NCBI RefSeq assembly: GCF_052938755.1
Contig: NZ_CM129037.1
DNA: 24,000 nucleotides
Direction: 5' to 3' (one strand)
A program made the position numbers and the translations under genes. Under the pieces are notes generated by a model, which was given only the letters and a program-made list of their open reading frames with translations, searched no databases and was not told the origin of the DNA. Each line of letters opens with the position of its first letter. The first letter of the stretch is position 1. Of the stretch, positions 9,629 to 19,600 are shown in pieces.

Positions 9629-10588
9629 ATGAAGCCGGAAAACAAATTACCTGTTCTGGACCTTATTTCTGCTGAAATGAAGACCGTTGTGAATACTCTT
9701 CAGCCGGATTTACCGCCCTGGCCCGCAACGGGAACGATTGCTGAGCAACGACAGTATTACACGCTTGAGCGCCGATTCTGGAATGCGGGCGCTCCAGAAA
9801 TGGCAACCAGAGCTTACATGGTTCCAACAAAATATGGGCAGGTGGAAACACGTCTCTTTTGTCCGCAGCCAGATAGCCCGGCGACGCTATTTTATTTGCA
9901 TGGCGGCGGTTTTATTCTCGGCAATCTCGATACCCACGATCGCATCATGCGCCTGCTGGCAAGCTACAGCCAATGTACGGTGATTGGTATTGATTACACC
10001 CTTTCACCTGAAGCGCGTTTTCCGCAAGCGATAGAGGAAATTGTGGCTGCTTGTTGTTATTTCCACCAGCAGGCGGAGGATTATCAAATCAATATGTCCC
10101 GCATTGGCTTTGCCGGTGATTCCGCAGGTGCCATGCTGGCGCTCGCCAGTGCGTTGTGGTTGCGTGATAAACAGATCGATTGCGGTAAAATTGCGGGTGT
10201 TTTGCTGTGGTATGGGCTTTACGGATTACGGGATTCCGTGACTCGTCGTCTGTTGGGCGGTGTCTGGGATGGCTTAACGCAACAGGATTTGCAGATGTAC
10301 GAAGAGGCATATTTAAGCAACGACGCGGACCGCGAGTCGCCGTATTACTGTCTGTTTAATAATGATCTCACTCGCGAAGTTCCGCCCTGTTTTATTGCCG
10401 GGGCGGAGTTCGATCCGCTGCTGGATGACAGCCGTCTGCTTTACCAGACGTTAGCGGCGCATCAGCAGCCCTGTGAGTTCAAACTCTACCCAGGCACGCT
10501 GCACGCCTTTTTGCATTATTCACGGATGATGAAAACCGCCGACGAGGCTCTTCGCGACGGCGCTCAGTTCTTTACCGCTCAGCTTTAG
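9629..10588 (+). CDS. aes: Acetyl esterase Aes
   Basis: 319 aa alpha/beta hydrolase, HSL-family [11 protein letters not shown] oxyanion motif and [13 protein letters not shown] nucleophile elbow; RBS aaggag. Confidence 0.94.
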   Translation: MKPENKLPVLDLISAEMKTVVNTLQPDLPPWPATGTIAEQRQYYTLERRFWNAGAPEMATRAYMVPTKYGQVETRLFCPQPDSPATLFYLHGGGFILGNLDTHDRIMRLLASYSQCTVIGIDYTLSPEARFPQAIEEIVAACCYFHQQAEDYQINMSRIGFAGDSAGAMLALASALWLRDKQIDCGKIAGVLLWYGLYGLRDSVTRRLLGGVWDGLTQQDLQMYEEAYLSNDADRESPYYCLFNNDLTREVPPCFIAGAEFDPLLDDSRLLYQTLAAHQQPCEFKLYPGTLHAFLHYSRMMKTADEALRDGAQFFTAQL

Positions 10589-11547
10589 CGATACGCGGCA
10601 ACAAGATTAGCCATCATTTCGATATGTTCCGGCGTGGCATTAAGCGCCGGAATATATTCATATTTTTTCCCGCCGGCACCGAGGAAGACCTCACGGTTTT
10701 GCTCGGCAATCTCTTCCAGCGTCTCCAGACAATCCGCAGCAAAGCCCGGGCACATCACCTGAATATGACCTACGCCTTTTTCTCCGAGCATTTTCAGCGT
10801 TTCGTCGGTATAAGGCATCAGCCAGGGTTCCCGACCAAAGCGCGACTGAAAGGTCATCATCACTTTTTCCGGTGCCATCCCCAATGCGGAAGCCAGTTCA
10901 CGAGTCGTTGTGCGGCAACGTTGCGGGTAATCATCGCCTTCATCTGCATAACGCTGGGGAATGCCATGATAAGAGAGCAGTAGCAGATCCGGTTCGCCAT
11001 GTTTGGCAAAAGAAGCGCGTACGCTGTTCGCCAGTGCATTAATGTAATCGTGGTTATCGGCGTAATCACGTATAAACGATATCCCCGGAATGCTACGTTT
11101 GCGCGCCAGAATGCGTGCCAGTTCATCCCATACCGCACCGACCGTAGAACAGGAGAATTGCGGATAAAGCGGCAGCACCACAATATGATCTACATGCTCT
11201 GCCAGGAGTTCATCTACGGCGCTTTCCAGTGATGGCGAGCCGTAGCTCATTCCCAGCGCTACGGGCATCTCCGGTAAACGTTGTGCCAGCGCCTGCTGTT
11301 GCTGGCGGCTGTAAACCATCAGCGGCGAGCCACCTTCCATCCAGACAGAGGCATACAGCTTCGCCACACGCGGCGAGCGCAGCGGCAAAATCACGCCGCG
11401 CAGCAATGGCCACCATAACAACCGTGAGGTATCAACCACGCGTCTGTCGCTTAAAAATTGTTTCAGATAGCGTTTTACCGCTTCAGGTGTGGGGGCATCG
11501 GGCGTACCCAGGTTTGCCAGCAGGATACCGGTTTTAGTCTGACGCAT
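10585..11547 (-). CDS. hemH: Ferrochelatase HemH
   Basis: 320 aa; [13 protein letters not shown]-terminus, [12 protein letters not shown] and [15 protein letters not shown] motifs. Confidence 0.96.
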   Translation of the reverse strand: MRQTKTGILLANLGTPDAPTPEAVKRYLKQFLSDRRVVDTSRLLWWPLLRGVILPLRSPRVAKLYASVWMEGGSPLMVYSRQQQQALAQRLPEMPVALGMSYGSPSLESAVDELLAEHVDHIVVLPLYPQFSCSTVGAVWDELARILARKRSIPGISFIRDYADNHDYINALANSVRASFAKHGEPDLLLLSYHGIPQRYADEGDDYPQRCRTTTRELASALGMAPEKVMMTFQSRFGREPWLMPYTDETLKMLGEKGVGHIQVMCPGFAADCLETLEEIAEQNREVFLGAGGKKYEYIPALNATPEHIEMMANLVAAYR

Positions 11548-11678
11548 TACCGCCTCTTATCGATTCAACTTGTTGATAATTGTAGCGGAAAAGTGAGGAA
11601 GAAGAACTAATTGCTGTGAAAGGTCTGGCCTGAGGATGATGAGCAGACCTGCCCGAGAGCAGATCTGCTGCGGCTTGA

Positions 11679-12395
<717 letters not shown>

Positions 12396-12460
12396 TCAAG
12401 AAAGGCACCTGAGGCTGAAACGGTTAATGGCGAGATAATTTGCGGAAAGTGCAGATGATG

Positions 12461-12500
12461 AAAAGAAAAATGCCGGATGACACGAAGGTCATCCGGCATT
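12461..12500 (-). terminator. Rho-independent terminator of htpG, REP-like stem
   Basis: On the minus strand AATGCCGGATGAC-cttcgt-GTCATCCGGCATT followed by TTTCTTTTC; 13-bp stem immediately after the htpG stop. Confidence 0.88.
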
Positions 12501-12503
12501 ACA

Positions 12504-14378
12504 TCAGGAAACCAGCAGCTGGTTCATACGACGAATAAACAGGTTCGGATCTTCCAGCGTGCCGCGTTCTGCCAGCAGCGCCTGATCCAGCAGCAGTTCT
12601 ACCCACTCGCTGAACTTCGCTTCATCTTCAGTATCTGCCGCACGTTTCACCAGTACGTGATCCGGGTTCAGTTCGAAGATGTATTTCACTTCTGGCACTT
12701 TCTGGCCCGCCGCAGCGAACAGTTTCGCCATCTGAGTGCTCATTTCGTCCGCGTCGGTCGAAACGATCGCTGGCGTATCGGTCAGACGGTGAGTCAGACG
12801 GACATCTTTCACGCGCTCGCCGAGCAGGGCTTTCACACGGTCGATGAACGGAGTCAGTGCTTTCTCCGCTTCTTTCGCGCTCTCATCAACTTCGTCAGCC
12901 AGTTTTTCCAGCGACTCGTCAACTTTAGACACCGACTGGAACGGTTTACCGTCGAACTCAGTCAGATAGTTCATCATCCACTCATCGATGCGGTCGGAAA
13001 GCAGCAGAACTTCGATGCCTTTCTTACGCAGCAGTTCCAGGTGCGGGCTGCTCTTCGCTGCCGCATAGCTGTCTGCAGTGATGTAGTAGATTTTCTCCTG
13101 CCCTTCTTTCATGCGGGAAACGTAGTCTTCCAGAGACACGGTCTGCGCAGAAGAATCGGTATGAGTAGAAGCAAAACGCAGCAGTTTGGCGATCGCTTCC
13201 TGGTTAGCGAAATCTTCCGCCGGACCTTCTTTCAGTACCAGGCCAAACTGTTGCCAGAAGGTCTGGTATTTTTCCGCGTCGTCTTTCGCCAGTTTTTCCA
13301 GCATTTGCAGCACACGCTTGGTCAGCGCATTGCGCAGGTTACGCGTTACCGTGCTGTCCTGGAGGATTTCACGGGAAACGTTCAGCGGCAGATCGCTGGA
13401 GTCAATCAGACCACGCACGAAGCGCAGATAGTTCGGCATGAACTGTTCTGCGTCGTCCATGATGAACACACGCTGAACATACAGTTTCAGGCCGTGTTTA
13501 TGATCACGGTTCCACATATCCCACGGAGCCTGGGACGGGATGTACAGCAGGCTGGTGTACTCCTGCTTACCTTCAACGCGGTTGTGGCTCCAGGTCAGCG
13601 GATCGTTAAAGTCGTGGGCGATGTGTTTGTAGAACTCTTTGTACTCTTCATCGGTGATTTCCGACTTGTTACGAGTCCATAGCGCCTGCGCTTTGTTGAT
13701 TTTTTCCCAGGAGATAACGGTTTCGCCATCTTTCTCTTCGCGTTTTTCGATCTCTACCGGCAGCGCGATATGGTCGGAGTATTTGCTGATGATGGAACGC
13801 ACGCGCCAGTCATCGAGGAACTCGTCTTCGCCTTCACGCAGATGCAGGGTGATTTCAGTACCACGATCTTCTTTGGTGATGTCGGCAACGGTGTATTCAC
13901 CTTCGCCAGCCGATTCCCAGAACACGCCATTTTCTGGTTTTTCGCCTGCCGCGCGAGTACGCACGGTCACTTTGTCGGCCACGATAAACGCAGAGTAGAA
14001 ACCAACACCAAACTGACCGATCAGCTGGCTGTCTTTCGCCTGGTCAGAACCCAGGGATTCGAGGAATGATTTGGTGCCGGATTTAGCGATAGTCCCCAGA
14101 TGGTCGATCACTTCGTCGCGGGTCATCCCCACGCCGTTATCGGAGATGGTCAGCGTACGCTTGTCTTTATCGAAAGAGACACGAACGCGCAGTTCGCCAT
14201 CACCTTCGTACAGGTCCGGGTTAGATAGCGCACGGAAACGCAACTTGTCCGCCGCATCGGAGGCGTTAGAGATAAGCTCACGCAGGAAGATTTCTTTATT
14301 GGAATAGAGAGAATGGATCATCAGGTGCAGAAGCTGTTTCACTTCTGACTGAAAACCACGAGTTTCTTGTCCTTTCAT
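12504..14378 (-). CDS. htpG: Hsp90-family chaperone HtpG
   Basis: 624 aa [51 protein letters not shown] ATPase motifs DNGVGM and [11 protein letters not shown]. Confidence 0.97.
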   Translation of the reverse strand: MKGQETRGFQSEVKQLLHLMIHSLYSNKEIFLRELISNASDAADKLRFRALSNPDLYEGDGELRVRVSFDKDKRTLTISDNGVGMTRDEVIDHLGTIAKSGTKSFLESLGSDQAKDSQLIGQFGVGFYSAFIVADKVTVRTRAAGEKPENGVFWESAGEGEYTVADITKEDRGTEITLHLREGEDEFLDDWRVRSIISKYSDHIALPVEIEKREEKDGETVISWEKINKAQALWTRNKSEITDEEYKEFYKHIAHDFNDPLTWSHNRVEGKQEYTSLLYIPSQAPWDMWNRDHKHGLKLYVQRVFIMDDAEQFMPNYLRFVRGLIDSSDLPLNVSREILQDSTVTRNLRNALTKRVLQMLEKLAKDDAEKYQTFWQQFGLVLKEGPAEDFANQEAIAKLLRFASTHTDSSAQTVSLEDYVSRMKEGQEKIYYITADSYAAAKSSPHLELLRKKGIEVLLLSDRIDEWMMNYLTEFDGKPFQSVSKVDESLEKLADEVDESAKEAEKALTPFIDRVKALLGERVKDVRLTHRLTDTPAIVSTDADEMSTQMAKLFAAAGQKVPEVKYIFELNPDHVLVKRAADTEDEAKFSEWVELLLDQALLAERGTLEDPNLFIRRMNQLLVS

Positions 14379-14431
14379 GTAGGTCTACCTCAATAATGCC
14401 ATTTTAAGGTTAAAAACAGGATGAGGGAGAG

Positions 14432-14458
14432 ATGGGGACAAGGGAGAATAATTTCAAG
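14432..14458 (-). promoter_or_regulatory. Sigma-32 heat-shock promoter of htpG
   Basis: On the minus strand CTTGAAA (14458-14452), 14-bp spacer, CCCCAT (14437-14432), matching the RpoH consensus CTTGAAA / CCCCAT-T. Confidence 0.9.
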
Positions 14459-14487
14459 CGAGAGCAGGTGATCCTGCTCTCGTTTGC

Positions 14488-15092
14488 TTAAAAACGAATC
14501 TTATGACGCCCGGCAAGGGAATGCGACAGCGTGGTGCCGTCGACCATTTCCAGCTCGCCGCCAACCGGTACGCCATGAGCGATTCGGCTGGCTTCCACGT
14601 CATATTGCGCGCAAAGCTCGGCAATGTAGTTAGCGGTAGCTTCACCTTCAACCGTGGGATTGGTGGCGAGGATCACTTCAGTGATTTTTTCCTCTGCCAG
14701 ACGCTGTTCCAGACGATCAAGCCCGATATCATCCGGACCGATGCCGTCCAGCGGTGACAGATGCCCCATCAACACAAAATAACGACCTGAAAACTGCCCC
14801 GTCTGCTCAATGGCGTAAATGTCCGCCGGACTCTCCACCACACAGATTTGACCGTTTTCCTGACGACGCGGATTCGAACAGATGTTACAGACTTCCTGTT
14901 CGGTGAAAGTGCGGCAATCGGCGCAGTGGCCGATTTCCGACATCGCCCGGGTGAGCGCCTGCGCCAGACGCATCCCGCCGCTACGATCGCGCTGAAGCAG
15001 CGTGAACGCCATACGCTGCGCCGACTTCGGGCCAACGCCCGGCAGACAGCGCAGTGCTTCCATAAGCTGTGTTAACAGCGGGCTGGTTTGCA

Positions 15093-15093
<1 letters not shown>
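14488..15093 (-). CDS. recR: Recombination mediator RecR
   Basis: 201 aa [30 protein letters not shown] with HhH, C4 zinc motif ([16 protein letters not shown]) and Toprim domain. Confidence 0.96.
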
Positions 15094-15437
<344 letters not shown>

Positions 15438-15474
15438 TCACGTTAAGGATGACGAACGTAAGCTGTGCTTACGA

Positions 15475-17406
15475 TCAAATGGGGCGGATACTTTCTTCAT
15501 CCAGCTCCGCATCGAAAAAACGACGCAGGGTCTGAATATTATTATCCGCAATAATGGACTCGCGCGCCTGCGCAAGTTTTTCTTCGTATATCGCCTGACG
15601 CCACTCCAGCGGCGTACGCACCGCGGGATTATCATCTTCAACGATAGTCAGTTCAACCGTTGAACCTTTTAACATGCTCAACGCTTCAGCCAGTTTTTGC
15701 TGTGCACCGCGGTTGTTCAAATGCCGCTGAGAGGAGCGCAAATGCAAACATACTGCGTTATCACTCTCCTCTTTCCAGGTATTTAACGCCACCTGTTCGA
15801 CCAGTTTTGGTAGCGAAAGTTGACTCACCTGAGCCGCCCACGCGTCGCGCTCAATGGCTTCTGCCGCCAGCTTCGCCGCCAGTTCCGGCGTTTTTTCATG
15901 TTCCAGCGCTTTTTTCAGCGCCTTCGGCGTGGCGACCACTTCTTTTTGCTGCATCACTGGAGTGGTCGCCTTCCAGCGATACGCTTCTTTTTTAGCTGGC
16001 GCTTTTTCCAGCGCCGATGGCACCGGACGCGTCTGAACGCGATCTGTGACCGAAGCCAGCCTTTCCAGCGCAGCGTTATTCACCGGCCGCGCGCGGGTAG
16101 CGGCTGCCGGTTCACTCTTTTTTGCTTTGGTTGCTCCCTGCACGCGCTGCAACTGCTGGCGCGCCGCCAGCACCTGGCTGGTGGTTTCCGGGAGCGGTAC
16201 AGTCGGTGCCTGCTGCGGCGCTGATTGCGGTTGCGGCGGCACCTGGGTTGGCGTCATTACTGCCGTTGGCGCGACGGGTGCAAAGGACTGGCGTGGCACT
16301 TCTGGCTCAGGCAGCGGCATACGCGGATGGAACGCCAGCGCGCGCAGCAGCGTCATCTCAACGCCCATACGGCGGTCCGGCGCATACGGTAATTCTTTGC
16401 GACCAATCAACAGCGTCTGATAGTAAAGCTGAATATCCGTCGGCGGTATGGTACGCGCCAGTTCACGCATCCGCAGCTCGATGGCGGCCATGTCGTTGCC
16501 AAGTGCAGCAGGCGAAAGTTGTACCATCGCAATACGATGCAACAGGCCGAGCATTTCCACCAGCAACGCTTCCCACTCGATACCACGGGCAGCGGCTTCA
16601 TTAATCAGCGCCATTACGCGCTCGCCGTTGGCCTCGACCATCGCTTCAACCAGCGACAGCGCCTGATCGTCGTCAAGCGTACCCAGCATCGCACTGACCG
16701 CCTGGGTTGAAACCTGACCGTCACCGCTGGCAATCGCCTGATCGGTCAGACTTAAGGCATCTCGCAGGCTGCCTTCAGCGGCGCGTGCCAGCAATTGCAG
16801 CGCCCGCGGCTCGTGAGCGATATGTTCTTCGTTGAGGATGTGCTCAAGCTGATGGCGAATTTGCTCGACATCCAGCGCCTTGAGATGAAATTGCAAACAG
16901 CGCGACAAAATCGTCACCGGCAATTTCTGTGGATCGGTCGTCGCCAGCAGAAACTTAACGTGCTCCGGCGGCTCTTCAAGAGTTTTTAACAGTGCGTTAA
17001 AGCTGTGACGCGACAGCATATGCACTTCGTCGATGAGATAAACTTTGAAACGACCACGCGCCGGAGCGTACTGGACGTTATCCAGCAGGTCGCGAGTGTC
17101 TTCAACTTTGGTGCGCGAGGCGGCGTCGATTTCAATCAGATCGACAAAGCGCCCCTGCTCGATTTCACGACAGTTATCGCACACACCGCACGGCGTCGCG
17201 GTAATGCCGGTTTCGCAGTTTAGCCCCTTCGCCAGCAGTCGGGCGATAGAGGTTTTTCCGACGCCACGGGTACCGGAAAAAAGATAAGCATGATGAATAC
17301 GCCCTAACGACAAGCCGTTCGCCAGTGCGGTCAGCACATGTTCCTGGCCGACGACGTCAGCAAAGGTTTGTGGGCGCCATTTTCGGGCTAAGACCTGATA
17401 ACTCAT
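15475..17406 (-). CDS. dnaX: DNA polymerase III subunit tau (full-length DnaX)
   Basis: 643 aa MSYQVLARKWRPQTFADVVGQEHVLTALANGL, Walker A GTRGVGKTS, AAA+ clamp-loader motifs. Confidence 0.97.
   Translation of the reverse strand: MSYQVLARKWRPQTFADVVGQEHVLTALANGLSLGRIHHAYLFSGTRGVGKTSIARLLAKGLNCETGITATPCGVCDNCREIEQGRFVDLIEIDAASRTKVEDTRDLLDNVQYAPARGRFKVYLIDEVHMLSRHSFNALLKTLEEPPEHVKFLLATTDPQKLPVTILSRCLQFHLKALDVEQIRHQLEHILNEEHIAHEPRALQLLARAAEGSLRDALSLTDQAIASGDGQVSTQAVSAMLGTLDDDQALSLVEAMVEANGERVMALINEAAARGIEWEALLVEMLGLLHRIAMVQLSPAALGNDMAAIELRMRELARTIPPTDIQLYYQTLLIGRKELPYAPDRRMGVEMTLLRALAFHPRMPLPEPEVPRQSFAPVAPTAVMTPTQVPPQPQSAPQQAPTVPLPETTSQVLAARQQLQRVQGATKAKKSEPAAATRARPVNNAALERLASVTDRVQTRPVPSALEKAPAKKEAYRWKATTPVMQQKEVVATPKALKKALEHEKTPELAAKLAAEAIERDAWAAQVSQLSLPKLVEQVALNTWKEESDNAVCLHLRSSQRHLNNRGAQQKLAEALSMLKGSTVELTIVEDDNPAVRTPLEWRQAIYEEKLAQARESIIADNNIQTLRRFFDAELDEESIRPI
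16081..16139 (-). promoter_or_regulatory. dnaX recoding cassette: internal SD, slippery heptamer and downstream stem-loop
   Basis: Minus-strand AGGGAG (16139-16134), A AAA AAG (16123-16117), then GTGAACCGGCAGCCGCTACCCGCGCGCGGCCGGTG, able to form an imperfect GC-rich stem (CCGGCAGCCGC / GCGCGGCCGG). Confidence 0.92.
16112..17406 (-). CDS. dnaX: DNA polymerase III subunit gamma, short dnaX product via programmed -1 frameshift
   Basis: Codons 428-430 are GCA AAA AAG; slipping back one base on A AAA AAG yields GAG (residue 431) then TGA at 16114-16112, giving 431 aa. Confidence 0.93.
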
Positions 17407-17534
17407 TGGCAGGCTCTGAAACGCTGGAAGGTGGATTCACGAAGGGGTAATGCTAACACAGCCCCGTCAGAACGGCGAGGCTGAATGCACATCTTGTGCT
17501 GTCCGTAGCGTGGGCAGCACAAGACTGGCGATAA

Positions 17535-18086
17535 TTAATGGCCCGGGAACGGGACAAGGCTGTAGCTGGTAATGCCCTGTTTTTCGAGACGCTGTTCGCC
17601 GCCGAGATCGAACAGGTTGATAATGAACGCAGCGTCAGCCACTTCACCACCCAGACGACGGATCAGTTTAACGGTCGCTTCGATAGTGCCGCCGGTTGCC
17701 AGCAGATCGTCCACCACCAGAACTTTGTCGCCCGGTTTGATGGCATCAACGTGGATCTCCAGCTGATCGGTGCCGTATTCCAGATCGTAAGTTTCACTGA
17801 TAGTTTCACGCGGCAGTTTGCCCGGTTTACGGACCGGTACAAAGCCAACGCCCAGACCCAGAGCTACCGGAGCGCCAAACAAGAAGCCACGCGCTTCGGT
17901 GCCGACAACTTTGGTAATGCCCGCATTTTTGTAACGCTCAACCAGCAAGTCGATGCTGAGAGCGTAAGCTTTCGGGTCTTCCAGTAAGCTGGTGACATCG
18001 CGGAAAAGAATGCCGGGTTTTGGGTAGTCCTGAATGCTTTTGATGCTATTTTTGAGATACTCAAGCTGCTGTGCAGTCGCGGTCAT
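17535..18086 (-). CDS. apt: Adenine phosphoribosyltransferase Apt
   Basis: 183 aa [34 protein letters not shown]-binding motif [13 protein letters not shown]; ORF-track start at 18140 is an upstream extension. Confidence 0.96.
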
Positions 18087-18238
18087 AAGTGTATGCCTGC
18101 TTGTTACGGTGGTACTCACGGCGCGTTTTAAACGTATCAAAAGTAACAGTTGTTTAACCTTTGACCGCCTGCGCCTGTGCTCGAAAACGCCAGAATGTAC
18201 TGGCTGTACGCAATAATTGCAACTGCGATTGTTGTGCT

Positions 18239-18616
18239 TCAGTGCTTTTCTTGCTTTTCATCAATCACCGGAATTCGCCACATATAGAAAAGCAAACAGG
18301 CGAGAATTACCAGCAACATGATGCGCACCCATGGCATCTGGACGAACCACAGAGAAATGGCAAACGTGAGCAAAATAAGCAAAATCGCCCGCGGTTTGAC
18401 GCCGCGCGGCATCGCATGATGTTTCTGCCAGAAACGTAGATAGCTGCCAAACCATGAGCGGTACAGCAACCAGGCGTGAAAGCGCGGGGAAGAACGGGCA
18501 AAGCACCAGGCCGCCAGCAGGATAAACGGCGTCGTCGGTAATACCGGTAATACCACGCCCAGCGTACCCAGCACTACCGCCAGCCAGCCAATGATGATTA
18601 AAATGATTCGTTGCAT
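18239..18616 (-). CDS. ybaN: DUF454-family inner membrane protein YbaN
   Basis: 125 aa [50 protein letters not shown], typical DUF454 sequence. Confidence 0.92.
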
Positions 18617-18652
18617 ATTGAGTGTTGTCAGCTTACAGAGTGGCTACTTTAG

Positions 18653-18671
18653 CATAACAATTATCATTTTC
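18653..18671 (-). promoter_or_regulatory. Candidate Fur box in the divergent ybaN/priC intergenic region
   Basis: Minus-strand GAAAATGATAATTGTTATG matches the 19-bp consensus GATAATGATAATCATTATC at 15 of 19 positions. Confidence 0.55.
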
Positions 18672-18685
18672 ATTGAGGTCTTATC

Positions 18686-19213
18686 GTGAAAACCGCCCTG
18701 CTGCTGGAAAAACTGGAAGGACAGCTCGCTACGCTGCGTCAGCGTTGTGCCCCGGTGTCACAGTTCGCCACGCTAAGTGCTCGTTTCGACAGGCATCTTT
18801 TTCAGACTCGTGCGACAACACTACAAGCTTGTCTCGATGAGGCGGGCGATAACCTGGCTGCGCTTCGTCATGCGGTTGAGCAGCAACAGCTGCCGCAAGT
18901 GGCCTGGCTGGCGGAACATCTGGCGGCACAACTGGAAGCCATCGCGCGTGAAGCCTCCGCCTGGTCATTGCGCGAGTGGGACAGTGCGCCACCGAAAATT
19001 GCCCGCTGGCAGCGTAAACGTATTCAGCATCAGGATTTTGAGCGGCGGCTACGTGAGATGGTTGCCGAACGCAGAGCCCGCCTGGCGCGGGTGACCGATC
19101 TCGTGGAACAGCAAACGCTGCATCGTGAAGTGGAAGCCTATGAAGCGCGCCTGGCACGCTGCCGCCATGCGCTGGAAAAAATCGAAAACAGGTTAGCGCG
19201 TTTAACCCGCTAG
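18686..19213 (+). CDS. priC: Primosomal replication protein PriC, GTG start
   Basis: 175 aa (V/M)[41 protein letters not shown]; starts at GTG 18686. Confidence 0.94.
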
Positions 19214-19226
19214 CAATGGAGAGAGT

Positions 19227-19388
19227 ATGTCACTGGAAAATGCCCCTGACGATGTCAAACTGGCTGTCGATTTGATTGTGCTGCTGGAGGAAAATCAGAT
19301 CCCTGCCAGTACCGTGCTGCGCGCGCTGGATATTGTAAAGCGTGATTATGAAAAGAAATTAACGCGCGATGATGAGGCGGAAAAGTGA
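19227..19388 (+). CDS. ybaM: Small DUF2496 protein YbaM
   Basis: 53-codon ORF ATGTCACTGGAAAATGCCCCT...GAAAAGTGA ([53 protein letters not shown]), RBS ggagag; absent from the supplied ORF track because it is short. Confidence 0.9.
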
Positions 19389-19441
19389 GAAATAAATGGG
19401 GTCGCTAAATGTCCCCTAAGGTTGCGGACAAACGCAAAACT

Positions 19442-19540
19442 GCCTGATGCGCTACGCTTATCAGGCCTACACCGCTCCTGCAATATATTGAATTCTTGCG
19501 GTTTCGTAGGCCGGATAAGGCGGTCACGCCGCATCCGGCA
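19442..19540. repeat. REP pair downstream of convergent ybaM and mscK
   Basis: gcctgatgcgctacgcttatcaggcctac (19442-19470) and gtaggccggataaggcggtcacgccgcatccggca (19506-19540). Confidence 0.92.
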
Positions 19541-19569
19541 TGAACAACGCGCACTTTGTTAGCAATCTC

Positions 19570-19600
19570 GGGGCAACTAAATGTTGCCCCCTTTCGTTTT
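19570..19600 (+). terminator. Terminator-like hairpin just beyond the mscK stop, oriented to stop rightward (+) transcription
   Basis: GGGGCAAC-taaat-GTTGCCCC followed by CTTTCGTTTTT. Confidence 0.65.

Noticed and set aside
12477-13682. 401-aa ORF on the + strand opposite htpG
   Set aside because: Shadow ORF antisense to a highly conserved Hsp90 gene. The composition (RLHQ/FHH/QRG-rich) is typical of a reverse-frame reading of biased codons, with no convincing RBS or domain.
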